The notes under the pieces: model-generated
Told to the model about the DNA's origin: nothing
Database searches by the model: none
What the model saw: only the letters and a program-made list of their open reading frames with translations
Made by a program: the position numbers and the translations under genes
DNA from: an uncultured bacterium
GTDB lineage: Bacteria; Patescibacteriota; Minisyncoccia; Phycocordibacterales; UBA9973
Direction of reading: 5' to 3'
NCBI GenBank assembly: GCA_903894565.1
Contig: CAITQP010000004.1
Location: 9,957-73,956, forward strand
Length of the DNA: 64,000 nt
Shown here: piece after piece, positions 18,421 to 27,269 of the stretch
How the letters are laid out: each line of letters opens with the position of its first letter
Numbering within the stretch: position 1 is the stretch's first letter

Positions 18421-19431
18421 TTAAATCGGCAAACCTTTTTTCCTTTTGACGTCGGCGAGGAATTCCATGAGAAGCACAGTCGCTGGAATAGCGAGCACGA
18501 CGCCCCAGAAACCTGCTAGTTTGAGTCCTACGAGCAGTGAGAGCACGACCATGAGCGATGAGACGCCCACGACCTTTTGCACGATGAGTGGCGAAATAAG
18601 GTTAAGTTCAAATTGATGCACAATGAGATAAAGTCCTGCGACCTCAAACGCACCTGTCGCACCATGGCTCGAAAATCCAGCCGCTATTGCCGGAATGGCT
18701 GCGAGAATAATACCAAATGGAATGAGCTCCATCACTGCTGCAAGCAAGGCAAGGAGCAACGAGTACTGCACATTAAAAATGAGAAGGCCGAGATAGATGA
18801 GTACGCCAACAAGGAGAGCGAGCAAGAGTTGCCCTTGAAACCACAAACCGATTTTGCGCTCAGTGCGATACCATAAATCGACTGCGTAATCAGAATAGCG
18901 AGATGGCGTAACAATGCGAAGAAATGTCTCAATACCTTTGTCATTGATCGAGAGATAGAATGAGAGCACGATGAGAATGACGAAGTTGAATACTCCACCA
19001 AAAAGCGCTATCGCAGTTTGCAGTGCACCGCCTGTCTCCCCCGATGCGAGTGATTGAAAATTCTGGAAAATGCCTGAGACATTGAATCCATCTGTTGTGC
19101 CGAGCGACGTAGTCGCGGGCAAATATTTGTCGATGAACGAAGAGAATTGTCCAAACTGTGACAAAAATACTGGGATGAAGAGATAGAGCAATCCGCCACA
19201 AATAAGCAGCACGAGGAAGTAAATAATCATCACCGCAATTGTTCGACGGATACCATGCTTGTGAAATCGGCGCACAGCGGACTCAACGAATGAGGCAATA
19301 ACGATCGAAGTGAGGAATACGTAAACAAGCTCGCGCAAATAGTAGAGCATGCCGAGAAATACGATAAAAAGCACGCCATATACGATACTGCGCTCACTTA
19401 CGTGTATTCTTTGGGTTTCGGTCTTGTCCAT
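18421..19431 (-). CDS. AI-2E family (PerM-like) transporter
   Basis: Multiple TM helices; ELIPFG, QFELNLISP, GFWGVVLAIP. Confidence 0.88.
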   Translation of the reverse strand: MDKTETQRIHVSERSIVYGVLFIVFLGMLYYLRELVYVFLTSIVIASFVESAVRRFHKHGIRRTIAVMIIYFLVLLICGGLLYLFIPVFLSQFGQFSSFIDKYLPATTSLGTTDGFNVSGIFQNFQSLASGETGGALQTAIALFGGVFNFVILIVLSFYLSINDKGIETFLRIVTPSRYSDYAVDLWYRTERKIGLWFQGQLLLALLVGVLIYLGLLIFNVQYSLLLALLAAVMELIPFGIILAAIPAIAAGFSSHGATGAFEVAGLYLIVHQFELNLISPLIVQKVVGVSSLMVVLSLLVGLKLAGFWGVVLAIPATVLLMEFLADVKRKKGLPI

Positions 19432-19571
19432 ATATTTATAATAGCATTTCCCAATTCTGGGGGATACCACTATACCCAAAACCCTTTAGGGCTAGTTCCA
19501 AGATGTTGAACTTGTACGAGGTATTGACGCAATATATTTAATATGTTTAAATATATACAAACCAATTTAAA

Positions 19572-20117
19572 ATGAAAAAGCTACACAGCATCGTACTTAT
19601 CGCAATCGGCTTGGGATTATTTTCCTGCCAAAACCGCTCAGCCTCGCTAACAAAAGAAGAGGTGGCCAAGATGATTGACTCAATACAAGAAGCTAAATTC
19701 GAGCAATTAACAAGTTGGCAGGTGGAAAGAGATAGAGTTGGAATCTATCTAGATAAACAAACAACAGCAAGGTATTTAACCCTTACTCAAAAAATCATAA
19801 ACGAGAGGGACTCTTCGTTTTACCGTTTAAAAAACGGAAGGGTTGGTAAAAAAGAAAAAATAACGATTGGTGAACACGAGTATCTGTTCACCGCACAGGA
19901 CACGTGTGGTAAGCAGAACGCTCGTCTATGGTTTCACGTTTCCGAGGAGAATAATGAGTTTCCCCGGAAACAAGTCTATTTTGAATACAGTAAAAAACAA
20001 CATCGTGGTTGTTTAGTATCAGTTCTTTTTAGAGAAGCTGGCTATGGTAAGTGCCTTTCCGACAGCGTTACTGTGCACAATGAATTCAAAAGCCTCATAA
20101 AACAGCTTTGTGAATAA
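19572..20117 (+). CDS. Hypothetical lipoprotein
   Basis: MKKLHSIVLIAIGLGLFSC lipobox-like N-terminus; isolated plus-strand, AT-rich gene. Confidence 0.65.
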   Translation: MKKLHSIVLIAIGLGLFSCQNRSASLTKEEVAKMIDSIQEAKFEQLTSWQVERDRVGIYLDKQTTARYLTLTQKIINERDSSFYRLKNGRVGKKEKITIGEHEYLFTAQDTCGKQNARLWFHVSEENNEFPRKQVYFEYSKKQHRGCLVSVLFREAGYGKCLSDSVTVHNEFKSLIKQLCE

Positions 20118-20136
20118 CAAAAAATTAAGTAATAAG

Positions 20137-20170
20137 AAATAGGGAAACATCATTGTTCCCCTATTTTTTA
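20137..20170. terminator. Probable bidirectional terminator
   Basis: aaatagggaaaca...tgttcccctattttt between convergent genes. Confidence 0.6.
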
Positions 20171-20186
20171 TTTACCCTTATTCCAC

Positions 20187-21461
20187 TTAATTCTTGAACG
20201 TGAGATTACTCAAAAACGGCTTTGTGTCCTCAAATGGACCAATGAGAGCGAGGTTGAGGTGCTTGTCGGTAAAGATTGTCTGCGCAATTTTCTGGATATC
20301 TTTGGCTGTGACTTTGCGAATGAGACGCTCTACTTCTTCTGGGGTTTTGATTTTCTTTCGCATGACTTCCTGACCTCCGTAGAAATTGGACCACGCATCA
20401 GATGACTCAAGTTCGAGCTTCATGTTCCCTGCCATGTATTCTTTGGCCTTGGCGAGTTCTTCGGCGCCAACAGGACTCTTGACCATTCGTGCACATTCGG
20501 CGAGAATTTCGCGAATGACTTCATGAACACGATCGTTTGAAACACCTGCGGCTATTTCAAAGAATCCATGATCCGTAGAATTGTCACTTGAAGCACGCAC
20601 ATAATACGCGACACCGAGCTCTTCGCGAAGCTTCACAAAGAGTCGCGAACTCATGCCTCCACCGAGGATGGTTGCAAGCACGGCAAGCGACATATTGCGC
20701 TTGTCGTAGGTATCGAATGTGCGCACACCGAGCACGAGATGTGTTTGGTCTGTCTTTTTGTATTCCAAATGTACAGCAGGTTTCGACTGCGTATCGATGG
20801 TCGCCTTCTTTGTTGATTTTGCGGTCGACTTGAGTGACCCAAACACACGCGCGATTTCTTTGGCGACTTCCTTTTCTTTGACCTTACCTGCGACTATGAC
20901 CGTCGTTGCTTTTGGAACGTAATGAGCCTTTTTGTATGCGACGAAATCATTGCGTGTCATTGCGCGTACATTCTCGCGACTTCCAGCAATATTCCACCCC
21001 GCTGGCTGATCACCGTAGAGAAGTCCTACAAAAAGATCCTGCACATGTCGGTGTGGCATGTCCTCGTACATGTTGATCTCTTCCACAATCACCCCTTTTT
21101 CTTTTTCCATTTCAGCTTCTGGGAACGTTGAGTTGAGGTAGATATCTGACACAACGTCGAAGACTTGTTTGAAATGCTTGGCGTCACTCTTGGCGTAGTA
21201 ACCAGTGTATTCTTGTCCGGTAAAGGCGTTGTATTGAGAGCCGAGTCCGTCGAGCTCGGCACTGATTGAATGTGCGGTTGGGCGTTTTTCTGTGCCCTTA
21301 AAACACATATGCTCAAGGAAGTGCGAGATACCATTCTTTTCCTTGGTCTCATATTTCGAACCAGTCTCAACAAGCACAAGCACAGTGACCGTTGGATTGT
21401 CCTTCATCGGCACAGTGATGACGCGCAACCCATTTTTGAGTTTTGTTTTTGTGTAATTCAT
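20187..21461 (-). CDS. M16 family (pitrilysin-like) zinc peptidase
   Basis: GISHFLEHMCFKGT (HxxEH), NAFT, LGGGMSSRLF. Confidence 0.95.
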   Translation of the reverse strand: MNYTKTKLKNGLRVITVPMKDNPTVTVLVLVETGSKYETKEKNGISHFLEHMCFKGTEKRPTAHSISAELDGLGSQYNAFTGQEYTGYYAKSDAKHFKQVFDVVSDIYLNSTFPEAEMEKEKGVIVEEINMYEDMPHRHVQDLFVGLLYGDQPAGWNIAGSRENVRAMTRNDFVAYKKAHYVPKATTVIVAGKVKEKEVAKEIARVFGSLKSTAKSTKKATIDTQSKPAVHLEYKKTDQTHLVLGVRTFDTYDKRNMSLAVLATILGGGMSSRLFVKLREELGVAYYVRASSDNSTDHGFFEIAAGVSNDRVHEVIREILAECARMVKSPVGAEELAKAKEYMAGNMKLELESSDAWSNFYGGQEVMRKKIKTPEEVERLIRKVTAKDIQKIAQTIFTDKHLNLALIGPFEDTKPFLSNLTFKN

Positions 21462-21466
21462 ATTTT

Positions 21467-22819
21467 TTATACAAGTTCTGCGCGAATAGTAGTGATGAGG
21501 TCGGCAATGGGAACACGCTTTTGTGATCCAGTATCACGATCGCGCACAGTCACGGTATCTTTGAAGCTAGCGTTGTCTTCGCCGAGTGTATCGAAGTCGA
21601 TGACGATACACCATGGTGTACCAATCTCATCCTGACGGCGGTAGCGCTTGCCGATATTGCCATTGTCGTCCCACATGACTCGTCCGAATTCAGACTTGAG
21701 CATGCCGTAGACATACTGCGCCTTCTCAACGAGTGCAGGCTTATTTTTGAGGAGTGGACTGACCGCACAAATGACTGGCGCGATTGATGGTTTGAATTTG
21801 AGATACGAACGTGTCTCTCCCTCTTTTTCTTCTTCAGCGTACGCAGACGAGAGCAGAGCGAGCACGCTACGATCAACACCGAACGATGGCTCGATCACGT
21901 GTGGCAGAATTTTTGATTTGGATTCTTCGTCTTGGTATGAAAGATCAACACTTGATCCACGAGAGTGACTACCGAGGTCAAAATCTTTGCGGTACGCGAG
22001 ACCAAACAATTCTTTGCGACCGAATGGGAAATCAAATTCGAAGTCTATCGTGCGATCTGAATAGTGAGCGAGATCTTCTTTTGCAACTTCGAGCTCGTGG
22101 ACTTTCTGCATATCAATACCAACTTCTTCCATCCATTCGAGCATCGAATCTTTAAAATATTCAAAATATTTCTGCCAATCTTCAGGCTTCACAAAATATT
22201 CAATTTCCATCTGCTCGAACTCGCGCACACGAAACACGAAATCGCGTGGAGTGATCTCATTGCGAAACGCCTTCCCTATCTGCGCCATACCAAACGGAAG
22301 CTTCGGATGGAAGCTATCAATCACATTTTTGAAATTCACGAACATGCCAGCGGCAGTTTCTGGACGAAGATATACTGTTGAAGAAGAGTCTTGTACCGCA
22401 CCAATCTGTGTTGCAAACATCATATTAAATTGGCGTGCGGCGCCGAGAGTAGTACCACAATTCGGGCAATCTTTTGTCCCAGGATTTTTTTTCGAATCCT
22501 CGACTTGGTCTTCACGAAAACGATTTTTACATTTTGGGCACTCGACAAGTGGATCAGAGAACCCCGCCACGTGACCACTCGTCTCCCAAACTTTTGGATT
22601 CATCAAGATTGCCGCGTCGACTTCGTACATATCGCTCTTGGATGAGACGAATTTCTTGCGCCATGCGTCTTTGATATTGTTTTTGAGTGCTACACCGAGT
22701 GGACCGTAATCCCATGTACCGGCGAGGCCACCATAGATCTCTGAGCCTTGGTATATAAAGCCCCGACGCTTGGCAAGCGACTGAATCTTCTCCATAAGGT
22801 TGTCTGTAGTTTCATTCAT
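21467..22819 (-). CDS. glyQS: Glycine--tRNA ligase, alpha2 type
   Basis: YLRPETA, GKAFRNEITP, REFEQMEIE, IEPSFGVDR, IGKRYRRQDEIGTP. Confidence 0.97.
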   Translation of the reverse strand: MNETTDNLMEKIQSLAKRRGFIYQGSEIYGGLAGTWDYGPLGVALKNNIKDAWRKKFVSSKSDMYEVDAAILMNPKVWETSGHVAGFSDPLVECPKCKNRFREDQVEDSKKNPGTKDCPNCGTTLGAARQFNMMFATQIGAVQDSSSTVYLRPETAAGMFVNFKNVIDSFHPKLPFGMAQIGKAFRNEITPRDFVFRVREFEQMEIEYFVKPEDWQKYFEYFKDSMLEWMEEVGIDMQKVHELEVAKEDLAHYSDRTIDFEFDFPFGRKELFGLAYRKDFDLGSHSRGSSVDLSYQDEESKSKILPHVIEPSFGVDRSVLALLSSAYAEEEKEGETRSYLKFKPSIAPVICAVSPLLKNKPALVEKAQYVYGMLKSEFGRVMWDDNGNIGKRYRRQDEIGTPWCIVIDFDTLGEDNASFKDTVTVRDRDTGSQKRVPIADLITTIRAELV

Positions 22820-22864
22820 ATATTTTATGTTATGCTTCCTCCTTCAGTTCTACCATACTCTCGA

Positions 22865-24808
22865 CTAGTTTGTAACTATCTGCCCTCCGGCAGGAAATCC
22901 TGGATCGTTTTGCAAGAGAGTCGAAATCGAGAATCGATTCATACTGAGCGCCTCCCCCGTAAACGTATCCTTGGCAGTCACCGTAGCATCAAGTACGAGC
23001 TTCGGTGTGCTTCCGACCTGAGATTTTGATGGATTCAAACGAACTTGAAACGAAACTGTGTGTGGATTTGTTATAATACCAGTGCCCGCAGGAACTTGTC
23101 CGATACTCCAATGAATCGTGCGGGTTGTATCATCATACGTGATCGGCTCACCATTTGGTGAAATAGTACCAACCCAATCTACATAGGTCGGAAGTTGCGC
23201 AATCGCATTTGCGTTCGAGAGAGCATTTGCAGAATTGGTCACCGCCCATGTCACAGTATATGTTGTCGGCTGATTCGCTTTTGGTGGGACAGGACCTGTG
23301 TTTGAAAATGGACCTGAATTGTATGAGGCTTGTGCCGTGAATCCAAGATCAGAACTCACAACGGCAGTCGCAGACGTCGTGTTTGTAATTTCGCTAACCG
23401 CTCCACCTTGGTCGGGTTGTTTGCCCTTCATTGAGAGCGAGAGTTTCACTTGTGGAGATGACAATGTCGTCCCGTTAGCAACGAGAGGGAGAACACTGAA
23501 TGTAAGGTCAAGCTGACCTTGATCCGATGGTTGTAGTGTCCCAAGCGCAGGTTCCGTTGTTGAATTCCATACCACAGTATGATTCGAAGAATTGTAAAAA
23601 CCATTTGGAGCAGTGACAGTAGAACTATCAAGCGCATTTCCAGAAAGTTGTAGAGTGACTTCGGCGTTCGTCACGATCGTTGGAAGATTGTTTGCATACG
23701 ACACTTGAACATTCACCTGACCTGAACTCTTTACCGGCACAGTATCTGCGACAACTCCATTGATTGCAATTTGTGCACCAATGAATGGCTTCACGAGACT
23801 CACGGTATCGAGAAATGAATTATACGTAACACCAATTTTTGTTTTGTCTGCATCACTCGCGGAACCGGTATAGATATGAAATGCACGATCTTCTCCATCC
23901 TGGCCATACACCGTTCCCGTAATTTTGATATCACGTTCAGCGCCGGGTGCAAGATCTCCCAAGTTCCATGTGTTGTTTATGGAGTCCGGAGTTGGATTAG
24001 CCTTGGTAAAATTGAAACCGGTTGGATAATCAATATGGAGCAACATCCCTGAAAGAGTATTTTTGGAATTTGATTTCGTTTTAACAGTGAAGGTTAATTC
24101 TTGGTTCGGCGTAATATTTTGCGGAGCATCTACCGAAAGAGCGACGGGTGCGGAACTAATCGTCACTGGAAAAGTACTCGTCTTTACAAAAATTGCGTTT
24201 GAACCAGATAGACGATATTGAAGTGTGAATGTAATATCCTGCACACTTCCCTCGGTGCCATAGAGCGTTGCGTTGAATGCTTTGGTCGCCGTCTTACCTG
24301 CGCCGATTGTGCCAAGTGAGTTCACGTCACGCACGTGTCCTGAACCACTCGTCGCATCACCACCCTTGTCGTATTCGATAAAGAGATCAGAAAGTTCGAG
24401 CGCGCTTGAATTTTTGTTCACAACCTCGACTTGGAGTGGAAGTTGTTCTCCTCCGGCAACGAATGAATTACCGAGCACATTTATATCAATTTCGTTGTTT
24501 GAGATCGTGTTGCTTCCCGTAAACAAGATGACCAGTGAGAATACAACTGCGAGTCCAGCAAAGCCAAGCGAAAAATAGAAAAATCTACGAAAGATTGATG
24601 GATGCGTAGCAACTTTCTCAACATTTTCTTTGGTGATTGTTTCCTTAACCCAATCTGGGTTCACTGCAAAACGTCGTGCATGCAGTGAGTCGATACGGCG
24701 AGGTTTACGGTCAGCCAAATCGCGACGATACAGACGATCGTTTACATCATCGAGATTGTGAACTTTGTTTTCGTCCTCTCCTCCAGTTCCAAATGGAATG
24801 CGTGGCAT
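22865..24808 (-). CDS. Membrane-anchored protein with tandem Ig-like (DUF11-like) domains
   Basis: Single TM near residue 80, repeated beta-sandwich segments (WNLGDLAPG, TTYTVTWAVTN). Confidence 0.7.
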   Translation of the reverse strand: MPRIPFGTGGEDENKVHNLDDVNDRLYRRDLADRKPRRIDSLHARRFAVNPDWVKETITKENVEKVATHPSIFRRFFYFSLGFAGLAVVFSLVILFTGSNTISNNEIDINVLGNSFVAGGEQLPLQVEVVNKNSSALELSDLFIEYDKGGDATSGSGHVRDVNSLGTIGAGKTATKAFNATLYGTEGSVQDITFTLQYRLSGSNAIFVKTSTFPVTISSAPVALSVDAPQNITPNQELTFTVKTKSNSKNTLSGMLLHIDYPTGFNFTKANPTPDSINNTWNLGDLAPGAERDIKITGTVYGQDGEDRAFHIYTGSASDADKTKIGVTYNSFLDTVSLVKPFIGAQIAINGVVADTVPVKSSGQVNVQVSYANNLPTIVTNAEVTLQLSGNALDSSTVTAPNGFYNSSNHTVVWNSTTEPALGTLQPSDQGQLDLTFSVLPLVANGTTLSSPQVKLSLSMKGKQPDQGGAVSEITNTTSATAVVSSDLGFTAQASYNSGPFSNTGPVPPKANQPTTYTVTWAVTNSANALSNANAIAQLPTYVDWVGTISPNGEPITYDDTTRTIHWSIGQVPAGTGIITNPHTVSFQVRLNPSKSQVGSTPKLVLDATVTAKDTFTGEALSMNRFSISTLLQNDPGFPAGGQIVTN

Positions 24809-24846
24809 ATGCGCTATTTTATCACGCCCAGGAAATTTTAGCTCGG

Positions 24847-25458
24847 TTACAGTTGACTTGCGGCCAGTGCTTGGTTGATATCTCGAATGAGGCGGTGCTG
24901 ATATGCGATATCTGAAAATTCCTTTGGGATGATGGGGGCAGATTCGCTTTGCCAGAGTTCTGGTTGATCAGGTTCGAGAATAAGCCCTGGGGTCGCGCGA
25001 GAGAGGTAGCCGAGTGCGGTGAGAATACGGGCAACGGCAAGGAGTTCGAGCGCGCGATAATCTTCGACACGGGTGGTGGCGGATTCGAGTAGATCGTAGG
25101 TGCGCGTGAGCGCACCGTATATTTCGGTGTTTGCTTCCTCACCGGTCACAAGACGAATGAGCAGTGCTGCCGTACGCGCAAGAATGCGCTCGCTCTCACG
25201 AGCCTGACGAAGTCGCGCGTATGAATGCACTGGGGTCGCTGTTGTCACACGCCAAATCTCTTTGCCACGGACAAGGTCAACCTGCGCACGCGAAAAATCT
25301 TGCAAGGTGAATCGGAGTTTCGAAGAAATCTTTCGTATTCCTTGCGCGTGAGCATAAATCAATCCAATTTCGCGCGTATACAAAATGAGCAATTTTGAAT
25401 CTTCCCCTTTCGGTCGCGAACCGAGCACAAATGCTTCTGTGTGATGAATGTGGTGCAT
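24847..25458 (-). CDS. recO: DNA repair protein RecO
   Basis: TEAFVLGSRPKGEDSKLLILYTREIGLIYAHAQGIRKISSKL matches the RecO N-terminal OB fold. Confidence 0.88.
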   Translation of the reverse strand: MHHIHHTEAFVLGSRPKGEDSKLLILYTREIGLIYAHAQGIRKISSKLRFTLQDFSRAQVDLVRGKEIWRVTTATPVHSYARLRQARESERILARTAALLIRLVTGEEANTEIYGALTRTYDLLESATTRVEDYRALELLAVARILTALGYLSRATPGLILEPDQPELWQSESAPIIPKEFSDIAYQHRLIRDINQALAASQL

Positions 25459-25464
25459 GGAAAA

Positions 25465-26040
25465 CTATATCTTCAAAAATTCTTTGAGTGCTGTGAGTGC
25501 TTGTGGCAGTTCGCGCCAACCGCTTGATCCATTCAAATGTCCTCCATTCGGAACTGATACGACAGAACAACCAAGAGCTTTCCCGAACGATTCTGCATCT
25601 GAAAATGGGACAACAGGATCGTTGGCACCGTGGATAACGACAAACTGTTTACATGCGTTTTTGATACGAGTGAAATCAAATGGGGGTACAAAAAAACTTT
25701 CAAGTTTTGTTTTGTATTCATCTTCTGTATTTTGAAATGGTCCTGACACAAGGACCGCTCCGCCGATCTGTTCCCCTATCTTGAGCGATTGGAGATATTG
25801 TAAAATTGCAGGAGATCCAAGCGAGTGTCCGACAAGAAAAATCTGTTCCGAGGGCAATCCAACTGCGCGAGCAATTTCGTTTACCCATTCTTGTGAAGAC
25901 GGATTTTCAGGCGAAGGCATCGCGAGCGAGCACGCAAAAACATCTTTCTGCCCAAGCTGTGCCATGAGCCACGGACGCCATCCACCATTCGGTGTGCCTT
26001 CAAAACCGTGAATTAAAAATACACGTGGATGTGTGCTCAT
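25465..26040 (-). CDS. RBBP9/YdeN family alpha/beta hydrolase
   Basis: IHGFEG, VGHSLG, DPVVP, GGHLN. Confidence 0.9.
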   Translation of the reverse strand: MSTHPRVFLIHGFEGTPNGGWRPWLMAQLGQKDVFACSLAMPSPENPSSQEWVNEIARAVGLPSEQIFLVGHSLGSPAILQYLQSLKIGEQIGGAVLVSGPFQNTEDEYKTKLESFFVPPFDFTRIKNACKQFVVIHGANDPVVPFSDAESFGKALGCSVVSVPNGGHLNGSSGWRELPQALTALKEFLKI

Positions 26041-26645
26041 ATTGATACTTTCTTTTCTCCTGTCTGAAGGCGCTCAATGCCTTCTACCAAATCAATATCG
26101 AGACGCACGGCTCGCTCGCCGAGTGCACGAGCAGTTGCAGCCGCGAGGTACAATTCGTCGCGGTCAAACACAATATTCATATCGGTGTGTCCGACTTCTA
26201 TATTTTTTGAATTAAATACATCAAATTCGAATCCAGCAGTTTGGATTGTTTGATACATACGATGTGCGGTGTCAGCAACATCCATTAGATTCCTGTGTAT
26301 CAAAAGTGATTCTTCGAGAAGTTTCGTTCGAACACCTTGATCAGGACCGAGTTTCGGATTTTTGAGTTTGATAGTGCCATTGAGTGCATCATCAGAAAGT
26401 GTCAACATTTTACTCAAATCGCCAAAACTCCCCGCCGTCGGCATTGGTGGAACAACCAATCCATTCGGCAAACTCAAAAAATCTGCCTCCAAATAATCGG
26501 GACATGATGGAATAGACAGTCCTAAATCACGGCGAAATCCTTTGACAGCCGAGAGGAAAAATTCGGTCATGTCAGACACTTTGGTGAGGTGATCTTGTTC
26601 AAGCGCTTTGCCTTCGTTCATGCGATCCGAAAAATCTTCTTTCAT
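26037..26645 (-). CDS. Hypothetical protein
   Basis: 202-aa ORF overlapping both neighbours by 4 nt; no family recognised. Confidence 0.6.
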   Translation of the reverse strand: MKEDFSDRMNEGKALEQDHLTKVSDMTEFFLSAVKGFRRDLGLSIPSCPDYLEADFLSLPNGLVVPPMPTAGSFGDLSKMLTLSDDALNGTIKLKNPKLGPDQGVRTKLLEESLLIHRNLMDVADTAHRMYQTIQTAGFEFDVFNSKNIEVGHTDMNIVFDRDELYLAAATARALGERAVRLDIDLVEGIERLQTGEKKVSI

Positions 26646-27268
26646 TCCTCTATTGTACCAGAAAAAAATCCGAGAATACCACTCTCGAGCTCGGCAACTG
26701 ATTCAACGAAAAGAAAGGGTTTTGCGTCAGCCAGTGTGTTGCGACTTTGAAATCCCCACGTCACGGCAATCGAAGAAACACCACACTCATGCGCCTCATA
26801 CACATCGCCGCTCGTATCGGTAATGAATATCGTTTGGTTTGGCTCTACTCCATATTGGTCGAGCATCATTTTGATACGGACAACTTTACTCGAATCTACG
26901 TCGTAGCCAAGTACATCAGAGAAACAATCAGCTACGCCTTCGCGCTCGATGATATCTTTGATCGTTGATGTTTGTGAACCAGAAATAATTGCAAGTGTAA
27001 ATCGCGCCGAGAGTCGCTTGAGTAACTCACGAATATTTTCTGGCACTACAAGCGTGCGTGTCTCCTCTTTATATCGTCCGTGGAAATCTGGATGAAGTTT
27101 TGGCGCAACCATATTTTTGACTGCCTCAGAAATATTTCCATTAAACAACTGCTGATACTCAGGGAGTGATATTTCACTGTTAACCTCAGTCGTAATCCCA
27201 TACGAAATACCGAGCGTATCAACAATGACGCCGTCGAAATCGAACATGATGAGCGGTTTCTCTTGCAT
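26642..27268 (-). CDS. HAD family phosphatase
   Basis: FDFDGVIVDT motif I; FITDTSGD motif IV. Confidence 0.9.
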   Translation of the reverse strand: MQEKPLIMFDFDGVIVDTLGISYGITTEVNSEISLPEYQQLFNGNISEAVKNMVAPKLHPDFHGRYKEETRTLVVPENIRELLKRLSARFTLAIISGSQTSTIKDIIEREGVADCFSDVLGYDVDSSKVVRIKMMLDQYGVEPNQTIFITDTSGDVYEAHECGVSSIAVTWGFQSRNTLADAKPFLFVESVAELESGILGFFSGTIEE

Positions 27269-27269
27269 G

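Noticed and set aside
19532-19556. dif-like site
   Set aside because: The AT-only palindrome has a 5-nt spacer, lacks the XerD arm consensus and sits in a promoter region.
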